A DNA stretch of 60,524 nt from a virus. Lineage: Duplodnaviria; Caudoviricetes. The notes under the pieces were generated by a model. It made no database searches, was not told where the DNA came from, and was given only the letters and a program-made list of their open reading frames with translations. The position numbers and the translations under genes are program-made. Below are positions 1 to 9,646 of this stretch, piece by piece. The stretch spans positions 1 through 60,524 of the IMG/VR virus record IMGVR_UViG_3300032156_000008, one strand, 5' to 3'. The stretch's first letter is position 1. Each line of letters opens with the position of its first letter.

Positions 1-130
1 CGATGATGCAGCCGGCGCTCCCGACTCCACCCGTGTAGGCGGTGCCGGACGACATGGCCCCGCCGCCCCCCGCCCCCCTGCCCGCGGCGCCGTTCCCATT
101 GCCCTGAGCGGTCCTCCCGACCCCCCCGCC
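1..130. repeat. Terminal direct repeat, left copy (assembly overlap or terminal redundancy)
   Basis: 1-126 is identical to 60395-60520; then a C7 (left) versus C6 (right) homopolymer difference. A reading frame runs across the junction. Confidence 0.95.
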
Positions 131-2485
131 CCCGAGGGACGAGCCCGCGCCGTTCCCACTCACGGCCACCGTGCCGGAGGCCCGGTACGCCCACGCGCCC
201 CCGGTGCCGCTCCCGTTCAGGTCTCCGTTCGTGGAGACGCCCCCGCCGGCGCCCCCGGCGACGAACGCGACCGAGGTCCCGTAGGTCTGCCCGACCCCGC
301 CGAGGCCCCCGTTCGCGGTCACGGTGGTCCCGCCGACGACGAAGGTCGAGGTGCCCCCCGTGCCCCCCGTGCCCCCGGTGTTGGCCCCGGCGGTCCCCCC
401 GGCCCCACAGGTGTAGGAGTACCCGGTCGACCCCGCCACCGCGAAGAGCTTCTCGGCGTAGCCGCCCGAGCCCCCGCCCCCTCCCGCCGCGGCGTTCGAG
501 GACGACCCCGAGACCCCTCCCCCTCCCCCGCCGGCGGCCATCACCTGAATATAGATCTGCGTGGTCGCGGCCTGAGTGGTGAAGGTCCCGGAGGCGGAGG
601 TGAGAACGGTCACCCCGAGGAGCCGCCCGGCCTGAGAGGCGTGGACGTGGTCCCTCCTCGCGGCGACGAGCTGCGTGCCGGGCGCCGCCGTGCCGAGGGC
701 GGCCGGGTTCGTGTTGTCGAAGATGGGCTTGTCCGTGCGGGCGGTCTCGGCGTTGCCGATCCCGAGGACGCTCAGGAGGCCGGACGCCGGGGCGGTGGCC
801 CTCGGCGAGAGGCCGTGGGCCGTGGTCGAGGCGTTCAGGGTCGTGACGTCCGTCGGCGCCGCCAGCTCGTCCAGCTTGATCGGGTCGCCCCCGCCACTCT
901 TGTGCTGGGCCGCGTGGGTCGAGGCGGCCTTGCCCGCGAGGTCAGTCGTGAGGTTCGTCACGTCGGACTCGGCGTGGGAGTGAGTCGTCGGAGTCCGTGC
1001 GTTCGTGTTCCGTGAGTCGCCGTCGGTGACGAACTTGTTCCCCGACCCGGGCGTGCCCGACGTCCCGGCGAGCGCGGCCTTCTCCCCCGCCGACGGGTCG
1101 TTGGTGCTCGAGTGCGTCGGGTTGTTCAGCGCGAGCTGCGACTCCGTCGCGTTGATGGTCCCAGAGTGCTTGGACGAGCCGTGCGCCTGAGCGGGCGCGT
1201 TCCCCGAGCCGTCGAACCCGTGGACGCTCGACGAGGCCCCGGCGTGGGACGAGATCGCCGTGTCCCTCGCCGAGGGCGTGTCCTTCGCGGCGAGATCAGA
1301 GGTTAGTCCCGTGACGTCGGACTCTGAGTGAGAGTGAGAGGTCGGGGCCTTCCCCGCGAGGTCCGAGGCCAGCCCGGTGACGTCCGACTCCGAGTGAGAG
1401 TGAGACGTCGGGGCCTTGCCCGAGAGGTCGGAGACTAGTCCCGTGACGTCCGACTCCGAGTGGCCGTGGGAGGACGAGGCCTTGCCCGCGAGGTCCGTGA
1501 CGAGGCTGGTGACGTCGGACTCGGGGTGGGTGTGCGGGGAGTACCCGCCGGCGTCGCCCTTGTCCCCCTTGTCTCCCTTCGGCCCGGTCTGACCCTGCGG
1601 CCCGACGTCTCCCTGATCGCCCTCGTCGCCCTTGGGGCCGACGTAGCCCTGCGGGCCGGCGTCTCCCTGATCTCCCTTGTCTCCCTGCGCCCCCGTGGAC
1701 CCGGGCGGACCCTGCGAGCCCGTCTGCCCCGTCTGACCCTGAGCCCCGACGGAGCCCTGATCTCCCTTGTCTCCCTTCGAGCCCGCCTGCCCGGCCGGAC
1801 CCTGCTGACCCGTCTGGCCCGTCTGGCCCGTCTGGCCCTGAGAGCCAGTCTGACTCTGTGGCCCCTGTGAGCCGGTCGGACCCTGAGGACCAACGTAGCC
1901 CTGATTCCCGGGGTCTCCCTTGTCTCCCTTGGGGCCGGGCGCCGTCGAGTCGGCCCCGTCGGCCCCGTCGGCGCCGCGGTCTCCGATCATCCCCTGAGGG
2001 CCGGTCTGGCCCTGAGGGCCGACGGAGCCCGTGCCCCCGCTGGGGCCGACTGCTCCGGGGTCGCCCTTCTGGCCGTCGAACCCCCTCAGACCCTGAGGAC
2101 CCTGATCCCCCCTGTCGCCCTCGGGACCGCGGGCGCCCTCTGGCCCCCGAGGACCCGTAGGACCCTGAGAGCCCTGAGGGCCGACGTCACCCTTACCGCC
2201 CTGAGGACCCTGAGGCCCGTCTGCCCCGAGGGTGCCGTCCCGGCCCATCATCCCCTGCGGCCCGGGCTCGCCCTGAGGCCCGACGGGGCCGGGCGTGGAG
2301 GCGGTGGGGCCGAGCCCGCGCATATATGGCGTGTCGCTCCACCTCTTGCCCTCGCCCATCTTGGCCCTCCTCGTGTCGGTCTCCAGCCCGATCTCCCCCA
2401 TGTCGAGGATCGGGTCGATGTCCGCCCACTGCTGCGCCGTGGCGCAGGAGGCGTCGGGACCGTCCGGCATCGGCGGGACGCTCAT
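1..2485 (-). CDS. Fibre protein (~833 aa; continues across the junction to the stop at 60378): Mtd_N-like N-terminus, collagen Gly-X-Y tract, HxHxESDVTxL repeats, glycine-rich C-terminal domain
   Basis: Manual translation from ATG 2485: TAQQWADIDPILDMGEIGLETDTRRAKMGEG..W...PY; long GPQG/GDKG collagen run (~1550-2290); five HxHxESDVT(G/S/N)L repeats (~945-1535); ends GGVGSAGCIIVSEYS*. Missing from the ORF track because it runs off the window edge. Confidence 0.85.
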   Translation of the reverse strand, partial: MSVPPMPDGPDASCATAQQWADIDPILDMGEIGLETDTRRAKMGEGKRWSDTPYMRGLGPTASTPGPVGPQGEPGPQGMMGRDGTLGADGPQGPQGGKGDVGPQGSQGPTGPRGPEGARGPEGDRGDQGPQGLRGFDGQKGDPGAVGPSGGTGSVGPQGQTGPQGMIGDRGADGADGADSTAPGPKGDKGDPGNQGYVGPQGPTGSQGPQSQTGSQGQTGQTGQTGQQGPAGQAGSKGDKGDQGSVGAQGQTGQTGSQGPPGSTGAQGDKGDQGDAGPQGYVGPKGDEGDQGDVGPQGQTGPKGDKGDKGDAGGYSPHTHPESDVTSLVTDLAGKASSSHGHSESDVTGLVSDLSGKAPTSHSHSESDVTGLASDLAGKAPTSHSHSESDVTGLTSDLAAKDTPSARDTAISSHAGASSSVHGFDGSGNAPAQAHGSSKHSGTINATESQLALNNPTHSSTNDPSAGEKAALAGTSGTPGSGNKFVTDGDSRNTNARTPTTHSHAESDVTNLTTDLAGKAASTHAAQHKSGGGDPIKLDELAAPTDVTTLNASTTAHGLSPRATAPASGLLSVLGIGNAETARTDKPIFDNTNPAALGTAAPGTQLVAARRDHVHASQAGRLLGVTVLTSASGTFTTQAATTQIYIQVMAAGGGGGGVSGSSSNAAAGGGGGSGGYAEKLFAVAGSTGYSYTCGAGGTAGANTGGTGGTGGTSTFVVGGTTVTANGGLGGVGQTYGTSVAFVAGGAGGGVSTNGDLNGSGTGGAWAYRASGTVAVSGNGAGSSLGGGGVGRTAQGNGNGAAGRGAGGGGAMSSGTAYTGGVGSAGCII

Positions 2486-2598
2486 CGGCGAGCCCTCCTC
2501 TCGCGGGCCTCGTCGGCCTTTTTCTTGGCCTCGGCCTCGCTCTCCTCGTGACCGACAATCTCGATCTCGGCCTCGAATCGCCTGAGATCCCCGGTCAT
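2482..2598 (-). CDS. Small charged hypothetical protein (38 aa)
   Basis: ATGA overlaps with both the upstream ART stop and the downstream fibre start; MTGDLRRFEAEIEIVGHEESEAEAKKKADEARERRARR. Confidence 0.5.
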   Translation of the reverse strand: MTGDLRRFEAEIEIVGHEESEAEAKKKADEARERRARR

Positions 2599-3491
2599 TT
2601 GTGGACCTCCATCGTGAAGACTCGGATGAGGGTGCGTCCCCTCTGCTCCGACCACGCGAACTCCTTGTCCTCTATGGCGACGCATCGCATCCTCGTCCCG
2701 GGGGCCAGAATCATCTCGTGCTCCTCCTCGTCCTTGAATAGACCCCTCGTCCGCCCGTCGCCGACGAGGCGAAGAACCGGGACCTGCACCTCTGTGGGCG
2801 TGGCCTTGCCGAACGTCTGGGCGAACGTCGCGGCCACCGCCGGGGACGTGGTCCACGACTGGAAGGCCTTGTCGTCGCACACGTCCCCGACGCGCATCCT
2901 ATCGAGGAGCTCCCCGCCCTTCGCCCCACCCACGCCTCGGAAGAGCTGGGCGCCCTCGGGGATGGGCGGGGACTTGTCTATCGCCTCGGTCAGGGTGGCG
3001 ATCGCGTCGCTCGTCGACATCTTCCCGGGAGCGGATGGAGGGATCTCCTCACCCTTCCGTCTCCCACGGAGGATGCGGTTCATCCTAAACCCGTCGTAGA
3101 GATACTGACTGACCGCCTCGGCGTGCTCGGGTGAGAGCTCAGTCATGTTAATATTGAAGTCCTCCTCCTGCGACACGGCCATCTCGTCGGCGTCCTCGCT
3201 GAGCGGGCGGAACAGAGCACCGGCGGGCACGGGTGGGGCGCTCCGCCCCGCTCCGCCCCCGCCAGCGGTGAACCGCCCTCTCTCGTCTCTGACCATGTCG
3301 GGGTTGTACGCCTCGTGCCCGGGCTGGAAGACGTGCCGCCTGTCGCCCTCGGCGGGGTCGAGGCCCAGAACCGCGACAAGTCCCGCAGGGGTGGCCGATA
3401 TCTCGTCGTCGTCCTCGGAGTCGGGGTCAGGGATCTTTCTCCAGTCTACCGCGCCCCGCACGCGCCCGTGGTGCACGTCGTAGTCAAGCAT
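2595..3491 (-). CDS. ADP-ribosyltransferase (VIP2/Alt-like, R-S-E clade) with an N-terminal acidic segment and tag motif
   Basis: LFRG, FQSWTTS and EHEMIL motifs; Y....F..MN..LR helix; start placed at ATG 3491, overlapping the upstream stop. Confidence 0.85.
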   Translation of the reverse strand: MLDYDVHHGRVRGAVDWRKIPDPDSEDDDEISATPAGLVAVLGLDPAEGDRRHVFQPGHEAYNPDMVRDERGRFTAGGGGAGRSAPPVPAGALFRPLSEDADEMAVSQEEDFNINMTELSPEHAEAVSQYLYDGFRMNRILRGRRKGEEIPPSAPGKMSTSDAIATLTEAIDKSPPIPEGAQLFRGVGGAKGGELLDRMRVGDVCDDKAFQSWTTSPAVAATFAQTFGKATPTEVQVPVLRLVGDGRTRGLFKDEEEHEMILAPGTRMRCVAIEDKEFAWSEQRGRTLIRVFTMEVHK

Positions 3492-6228
3492 GAGCCGTGT
3501 CCCTCCACCCCGTGAACACCTCGGGGGCGATGTACCTCTGGAGCGCCACGGTCGGGGTATTGCCCAGTCTGGCCGCAACCTCCTTGGCGACGGCCCTCAC
3601 CGACCTCTTGTAGGCCGTCTTGCTCGTGGGCGCCTCCGTGCGGGCGATGATCGACTTGGCGGTCGACGTGCCGAGGTAGGTGCGGAAGTCCTTCGTCTTG
3701 AAGCCCCCGCCGTCGAGGCCGTGGGCGTATTCGGAGAGCTCACTCGGCCCGACGGTGGGGAAGAGCTGCCCGTCGGGTCCGACGGCGCCCGCCCTCTCGA
3801 CGAGCATATCGGCGACGGACTTGTCGCCCACGGGGACGTCGGCGGCGACGCCCTTCTTGCCGACGAACTGGAGGCGGACGCCCGTCTCGGTCTCGACGAC
3901 GTGCCTGCCCTCGAGGGTCGTCGCCCCGTAGGCCCTGACCTCGCCCCTCGTGTCCTTCTCACTACCCGGCCGAATCCCGGTCTCCACGACGAGGGCCATG
4001 AGGTCGGCCCTCTCGCGGAGCTCGGGGTCCTGACGGTCGGCCCGGATCTGGCCGCGGACGCCGTCCATCTTCTCGTCGAGCTCGGAGATCCTCGCGAACT
4101 TCGCCGCCTGCTGCTCCGAGTCGTAGCGCTCGGAGTAGATGTACTGGGTCCGCCCCTTCTTGTCGTGCCCCTTCACGAGGAGATCCCCCTCGGGGTCGGG
4201 GTTGACCACGACGTCCGTCCACGCGGGCGGGATGCCCAGCGACTGGATGTGGGCGGGGGCCGGGGCTCCGTCGGCGGTGACCCACGCCTTGCCCGAGCGC
4301 GTGACGCCCACTGAGGGGCCTCCTCCCGAGGACCACTTGCCGCTCTCGTCGCGGGACATGTCGGGATTGTAGGCCTCGTGACCGGCCTCGAAGACGTGGG
4401 TCTTCTCACTCTTCCACCTCAGCCCCGTCTTGTACTCGAGCCCGCGGGTGGGCGCCCACTCCTTCGTGGCGGCGAGGATCTTCGCGTTGTCGTAGCCTCC
4501 CTCCCCGTGGCCCTTCTCCGCGAGGGCGTATATCTCCTTCTTTGTCGCGGCGAGGAACTTGGGCTTGTCGACGACCTCCATGGTCGCCATCGCCCCGCTC
4601 CTCGTGATCACCGCCATCTTCTCGTAGTAGCCGCGCTCGACCGACTGCTTGAGGCCGTAGATATCGCCCTCGGAGAACGCCGCCGCTGAGTCGGGGTCGT
4701 CCCCGACCTCGCCCGAGTGGCTGTGGACGGAGACGAGGCGCGGCCTCTCCTCGGGCGGGACGCTCTCGAGGTCCTTCCGCGAGTAGATCTTCCCAGACTG
4801 CGGCTCCACGAAGAACTCGGTCGCGGCGGTCGTCTGAGAGCCGAACCCGTGATACAGCCTGCGGGAGTCCTCACCGATCGCTCTGGCGATGCCACCGGCG
4901 AGCGCGCTCCCTCCTGAGGAGAACTTGCCCCTCTCGTCTCGGGACATGTCGGGGTTGAACGCGGGGTGGCCCGGCTGGAACACGCTCTCCTGCGCCGCCC
5001 TGACGACTGGCTTCCCGTCGCACTCGCACTTCGGGTGGACGGGGATCTCGGGGAAGTCGTCGATCGGGTAGATCCCGGGGCCGTAGCCGACGTCGGCCTC
5101 GGCGAGGGCGGCGCAGTCCCCGCAGGCCCTGTCCCCGAGGAGGTACTCCATCAGCTCGACGCCCTCGTCCGCGTATCTCTCCTTCTCTCCGATGTGGACG
5201 AGGCGGGACATCTCCGTCTTGGCGGTCAGCTCGGGGTCGTGCGCCTCCGTGTCGATGACGCCCCGAAGGTCTCTGGCGATCTCGCGGGAGCCCCTGCCCT
5301 CGCGGATGCCCGCCTCGATGGCGTCCACCACGGCCCCTCGGGCCGCGGTCGTTCCGTCTCGGAGCCACGGGGTGAACTCCCCCTGAATCGTCGTGCCGCC
5401 GCGGTTCTCCATGTCGTCGCGATACCTCTGGGCGAAGGCGACGGCCCGAGAGTAGTTCAGCTCCTCATAGTCTGAGCCGAGGCGCACCGCGCCCCTCCTG
5501 TCGCCCGCGAGGTAGGCGTCGATGCCCGCCTTGGCGAGGGTGCGGGCCAGCCCGATCTGGTACTCCTCGAAGGCCATGCCGATCGCCCGCACGGTCTTCG
5601 GGGGGACGAGTCGGCCCGCGTGCGCGTGGTCCCCGAGGACGGAGAGGAGGTCGGAGACGATGCTCGCGCACAGGGCGTGCGAGGACGGGAGCCTCTCGTC
5701 GACGACCCCCATCACGGCGGGGTCGCCCCCAGTCCAGTCGGCGAGCATGCCCGCCTTCATCTCGGGGTGGAACTGGACCGCCATCGCCCTGTCGCGGACC
5801 CAGCCGACCACGCGCCCGCGCCGGTCCCTCCAGACCGCCGTGGCCCCGGGCGGCATCGTGAACGACCAGTCGTGCCACTGAAACACGGAGAACACTCGGC
5901 CCGACGGGTCTCTCACGGAGTCCCACCCATACACTCGATCTCGGACGGTGCGCCCCCCGAGGGCCAGCGAGATCGCCTCGCCCCCGAGGCAGATGCCGAG
6001 GAGCGGCACCCCGAGGGCCACGCAGTCGGTGATGAGCCCCCTCTCGTCGATCGCCCACGGGCGCGTCTCGACGGGCTCCGTGCCTCCCATCAGGATCACG
6101 GCGTCGCCCTGTCGGACGTCGATCGGGAGCTCGCCCTCGTCGGCGCGGACGATGTGGAGGCCGCCCACGAGGTCGGCGATGCGCCCGGGGCCTCCCCCGG
6201 GGGCGTGGGCGACGACGTGGATAGTCAT
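3484..6228 (-). CDS. Multidomain minor head protein: class I glutamine amidotransferase-like + MuF (SPP1 gp7-like) + JAB-like + type IB topoisomerase
   Basis: GICLG/QFHPE (GATase triad); CGDC...HPKCEC (MuF); HSH...FSEGD (JAB-like); KGRTQYIY, GIRPG, FVGKKG, KDFRT, LGNT...RY (TopIB). Lies directly after the portal. Confidence 0.85.
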   Translation of the reverse strand: MTIHVVAHAPGGGPGRIADLVGGLHIVRADEGELPIDVRQGDAVILMGGTEPVETRPWAIDERGLITDCVALGVPLLGICLGGEAISLALGGRTVRDRVYGWDSVRDPSGRVFSVFQWHDWSFTMPPGATAVWRDRRGRVVGWVRDRAMAVQFHPEMKAGMLADWTGGDPAVMGVVDERLPSSHALCASIVSDLLSVLGDHAHAGRLVPPKTVRAIGMAFEEYQIGLARTLAKAGIDAYLAGDRRGAVRLGSDYEELNYSRAVAFAQRYRDDMENRGGTTIQGEFTPWLRDGTTAARGAVVDAIEAGIREGRGSREIARDLRGVIDTEAHDPELTAKTEMSRLVHIGEKERYADEGVELMEYLLGDRACGDCAALAEADVGYGPGIYPIDDFPEIPVHPKCECDGKPVVRAAQESVFQPGHPAFNPDMSRDERGKFSSGGSALAGGIARAIGEDSRRLYHGFGSQTTAATEFFVEPQSGKIYSRKDLESVPPEERPRLVSVHSHSGEVGDDPDSAAAFSEGDIYGLKQSVERGYYEKMAVITRSGAMATMEVVDKPKFLAATKKEIYALAEKGHGEGGYDNAKILAATKEWAPTRGLEYKTGLRWKSEKTHVFEAGHEAYNPDMSRDESGKWSSGGGPSVGVTRSGKAWVTADGAPAPAHIQSLGIPPAWTDVVVNPDPEGDLLVKGHDKKGRTQYIYSERYDSEQQAAKFARISELDEKMDGVRGQIRADRQDPELRERADLMALVVETGIRPGSEKDTRGEVRAYGATTLEGRHVVETETGVRLQFVGKKGVAADVPVGDKSVADMLVERAGAVGPDGQLFPTVGPSELSEYAHGLDGGGFKTKDFRTYLGTSTAKSIIARTEAPTSKTAYKRSVRAVAKEVAARLGNTPTVALQRYIAPEVFTGWRDTAHA

Positions 6229-7970
6229 TTCTTCGTGAGCGCCTCCGACACGTCCGAGTAGAGCCTGTCCCTGAGTCGGGCGATGTCGGCCCGCGTCTCG
6301 GCGATCACGCGCTCCTCGACGGACCCGAGCGCCATCGTCCTGAGGGCGTTCTCCCTCTCGGCCTCGAGCTCGCCGTCGGGCTTCGCGGCGGGGTTCTGGG
6401 CTCCCCCGAGCTGGGGCGGTTCCCCGTCCCTCTTCTCGAACAGGGGCTTGCCGTCGGGGCCGAACTGCCCCTGCGGGGGGACGGGCATGCCCGTCGTCTT
6501 GACCTTGTTCCAGAACTCGGCGTTCTTCAGGAGGTAGGCCTCGACGGCGTCGTCGCCCTCCCCGTAGAGGTCCTCGGGGATGTCGATCTCGAAGTCGAGC
6601 TTCTCGAGGAGCTGGAGCGGGGGCGCCACGCCGGACAGGAGGGCCGTCGCCGCCTGCTTGATGCGGAGATCAGACTTGTCGACCTCGGCGGTCGGGAACT
6701 CGATGATCGCGTAGTAGCCCTCGTAGCCGTTCGCGTCGAGGTAGTACTGGGGGACGCGGCTCCACTCTCGGCTGAGCCACCCGCGCATCGCCTCGACGTA
6801 TGTGTGGTAGAGCCCCGTCGCGCCCACGGAGGAGCCGAGGGTCGACTGGTTCGGCTGGACGCTCTCCTTCGGGCTGAAGTAGTCGACGATGACCTGATTG
6901 AGCGCCTGCACCGTCTGGAGCCCGACGCTCTCGGAGCTCGACGTGTCGCCGAAGTTCACGGTCTCGACGGTCATGTTGGGGCGGAGGACGTAGCGGTTGT
7001 CCTTGCTCGCGTACTGGAGGATGGTGTTCGCGTAGTCGATGTCGCTCACGTAGCCGTTGACGGCGGACGGCCCCTGCGGGTTCTCGACCTTGATGAAGAA
7101 CCACGGCGCCCCCTTGCGGTTGACATACTGCATGTGCGAGTTGATCGAGTAGGTCATCATCTCGCAGAGGGGGATGATGGGCTTGCAGATGGGCTCGCCC
7201 GCGAGCTCGTGGCCGATCGGGTCGCGGAGCCAGAAGAGGGACTCCGAGTCGAGCATCTGCGGGTAGAAGTTGAAGACCGACTGACGCTGCCAGAACTCCA
7301 TCTGGCCCGTGTTCAGGCCCGTCGTGGGATCGCGCGCGAGGGTCACGCCCTGTAGCACGGGGGAGAACACGAGGGGCTGGCCGATCGGTGGGTAGTCGAA
7401 GGAGTGGGCGGGCAGCCTGACGAGGGCCTTCAGGGCGAGCTCGTTCCCCTCCCTCTTCCACTCCCACGAGAAGATGCCCATGCCGTAGCCGAAGACGTCG
7501 GCGAAGGAGAAGCGCATCTTCCTGACGAGGTCCACCCTCGGGTCGACGAACATCATACGGTGCAGCCTGCGCTGGATCTTGGACGCCGTCTGGTCGACCT
7601 CCCCCTCCTCGCTCACGATCTTCAGCCTGATGCGGAGGTCGGGCGTCTCGGAGAAGACCATGTTCATCTGCTTGACGAGGACGCCCTTCATCGCCCAGTG
7701 GTTCAGGAGGTTGTAGATCTTGTGCGCCGTGACCTCCTCGTTCAGCTGGAGCCACGAGACGAAGCTATACTGCGGCAGAAACGACGGGACGTAGTAGACG
7801 CCCTCGAGGCCCGTCTTGCTCGTCGGGGCCAGTGGGCTGGCGTCCGTGTCGCTCATGTTCTGTGGCAGCGCCGTCGTGAACCCCGGCACGTGCGTCGCGG
7901 GGACCATCGCCCTCGCGCTCACCCTCGACGTCAGCCTCGACACGCCGACGTCCCTCTCATCCTTTCTCAT
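6225..7970 (-). CDS. Portal protein
   Basis: 581 aa, between terL and MuF; ADVFGYGMGIFSWEW segment typical of portals. Confidence 0.75.
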   Translation of the reverse strand: MRKDERDVGVSRLTSRVSARAMVPATHVPGFTTALPQNMSDTDASPLAPTSKTGLEGVYYVPSFLPQYSFVSWLQLNEEVTAHKIYNLLNHWAMKGVLVKQMNMVFSETPDLRIRLKIVSEEGEVDQTASKIQRRLHRMMFVDPRVDLVRKMRFSFADVFGYGMGIFSWEWKREGNELALKALVRLPAHSFDYPPIGQPLVFSPVLQGVTLARDPTTGLNTGQMEFWQRQSVFNFYPQMLDSESLFWLRDPIGHELAGEPICKPIIPLCEMMTYSINSHMQYVNRKGAPWFFIKVENPQGPSAVNGYVSDIDYANTILQYASKDNRYVLRPNMTVETVNFGDTSSSESVGLQTVQALNQVIVDYFSPKESVQPNQSTLGSSVGATGLYHTYVEAMRGWLSREWSRVPQYYLDANGYEGYYAIIEFPTAEVDKSDLRIKQAATALLSGVAPPLQLLEKLDFEIDIPEDLYGEGDDAVEAYLLKNAEFWNKVKTTGMPVPPQGQFGPDGKPLFEKRDGEPPQLGGAQNPAAKPDGELEAERENALRTMALGSVEERVIAETRADIARLRDRLYSDVSEALTKK

Positions 7971-9448
7971 CTCATCCTCGGAACGAACCCCTGTCGGGGG
8001 TCATAGTCTGTTCTTATGCTCGGTATGCCCCTCTGCTGTATAGAGGGCGCCCTCGCGCCCTCGAGAGTCGGGGAGGCGGGCTGCACGCCGTACCCCCTCG
8101 ACAGCCTCTCGTGCGCGAGGCTGAGGGCGTCGACCTGATCGTCGTGCACGCCCACCGTCGGGAACGCCTCCAGCTCGGAGAGGAACGCGAGGTTCCACGC
8201 GCCCGCGACTATGCGGATGAGCCCGTGGGACGCCGCGGCGGAGGGCAGCATCGCCCTCGTCGCCTTGTCGCCCGTGGGCTTCTCCGAGAAGACACAGTAG
8301 CCGGGGAGCACGTCTCGGGCGTAGTGCTCGATCACGCTCTTCCCCGCGGACCCGCCCTCCTGCTCGAAGCCGATCTCCGTGCCGTAGCCGTCGACCGACG
8401 CGGTGTGCCTGATGATGCCCTCGACGTTGCCCGGGTTGACCCTCGCCCTGATCACGTCGAGCACGTAGAAGATACCGTCCGCCCAGCCGTAGAGGACGCC
8501 CGCCGTGTAGTCTGGGTCTCTGTTGGCCGCCGAGGGCTCGGTCGCGGCGAGGTCCCAGCAGCGGCAGGTGCGCAGGCCGGAGGGCACGCCGTCCGCGATC
8601 TGGAACCACTCGCGCCTGAACATGTTCCCCGCGGCCACTCTCATCGACCAGTCGCCGTAGAGCAGGCGCGCCCTGTCGACCGTCGACATCGCCTCCAGTC
8701 GGCCCCTGTATCCCGGGTCGACCGCCTCGAGGGCGGGATTGTCGGCGAGGCTCGCGGGGATGAAGGAGACGGACTTGGGGTCGCAGCCCGGGTAGACGCT
8801 CAGCAGCTCCGCCCTCGTGTCGCCCCAGACGAACTCGTCCGAGTCTCGAACGAACCAGCGCACGACGCCCGACTTGCTCTGGTCGGGGTAGCGCCCCTCC
8901 TTGTCGAGCCACCACGAGATGAATCCCCTGACCCACGAGTCGGGGTCGGGGTTGCACGTCGCCCTAACGTAGGGGCGCACCCCGCAGACGGACCTGTTGC
9001 GGCTCAGGAGGTAGAAGAACTGAAACTCGGTGAACGACTCGAGCTGGTCGAAGCAGAGCAGGCAGATCTGCGAGCCCTGATACTTATATACGTCCTTCTC
9101 GTGCTCGGCGTGCGCGAAGGAGACAGTGTCCCCGTGGGGAGGGAACGACCAAGACAGGTCGCTCTCCTTGGGCCTGCCCCCGACGAGGGGGTATATCTGG
9201 AACGACGAATCCCAGAGGGAGCCCTCCGACGTGATCTCGGGGTAGGTCCGCCTGAAGATAACGGCGCCGAAGCCCGGGGTATCGATCCAGTAGAGGGGCT
9301 CCATCTCGAGCCCGAACGTCTTGCCCCCGCCCGCTGCCCCCCCGTAGATCGTGATGTCGGCGGATGAGGAGAGAAAAGCGGTCTGAGGCCCCGCCTGAGG
9401 CTCGATGCGCGGGCCGTCGACTGACTCCACACGAGCTCCAGAGGGCAT
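7967..9448 (-). CDS. terL: Terminase large subunit
   Basis: PQAGPQ, YGGAAGGGKT Walker A, FDQL Walker B variant, TCNP, RCWDLAA...DYTAG, HDDQVDA nuclease motif. Confidence 0.95.
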   Translation of the reverse strand: MPSGARVESVDGPRIEPQAGPQTAFLSSSADITIYGGAAGGGKTFGLEMEPLYWIDTPGFGAVIFRRTYPEITSEGSLWDSSFQIYPLVGGRPKESDLSWSFPPHGDTVSFAHAEHEKDVYKYQGSQICLLCFDQLESFTEFQFFYLLSRNRSVCGVRPYVRATCNPDPDSWVRGFISWWLDKEGRYPDQSKSGVVRWFVRDSDEFVWGDTRAELLSVYPGCDPKSVSFIPASLADNPALEAVDPGYRGRLEAMSTVDRARLLYGDWSMRVAAGNMFRREWFQIADGVPSGLRTCRCWDLAATEPSAANRDPDYTAGVLYGWADGIFYVLDVIRARVNPGNVEGIIRHTASVDGYGTEIGFEQEGGSAGKSVIEHYARDVLPGYCVFSEKPTGDKATRAMLPSAAASHGLIRIVAGAWNLAFLSELEAFPTVGVHDDQVDALSLAHERLSRGYGVQPASPTLEGARAPSIQQRGIPSIRTDYDPRQGFVPRMR

Positions 9449-9467
9449 GGAAGGATTGCGTCGCGGG

Positions 9468-9475
9468 GGTATATA
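9468..9475 (-). promoter_or_regulatory. Putative archaeal-type TATA box for terL
   Basis: TATATACC begins 27 nt upstream of the ATG at 9448 in otherwise GC-rich intergenic DNA. Confidence 0.4.
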
Positions 9476-9646
9476 GCGCGATCGGAGGACGCCTCCCTGT
9501 GGGACTTGTCGCGGGGGACAGGGACGGAGACTAGCCCGCGCGTCTGGAGACTAGTCGGGCGATGCCTCGGGTCGCCCAGCACACCAGCGCCGCGGGCAAC
9601 AGGACGCAGTAGAGGACGACCCACGAGGCGGCGGCCGCCACTCTGC

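Noticed and set aside
945-1535. Regularly spaced GTGACGTC.GACTC repeats as an array
   Set aside because: They encode HxHxESDVT fibre repeats.
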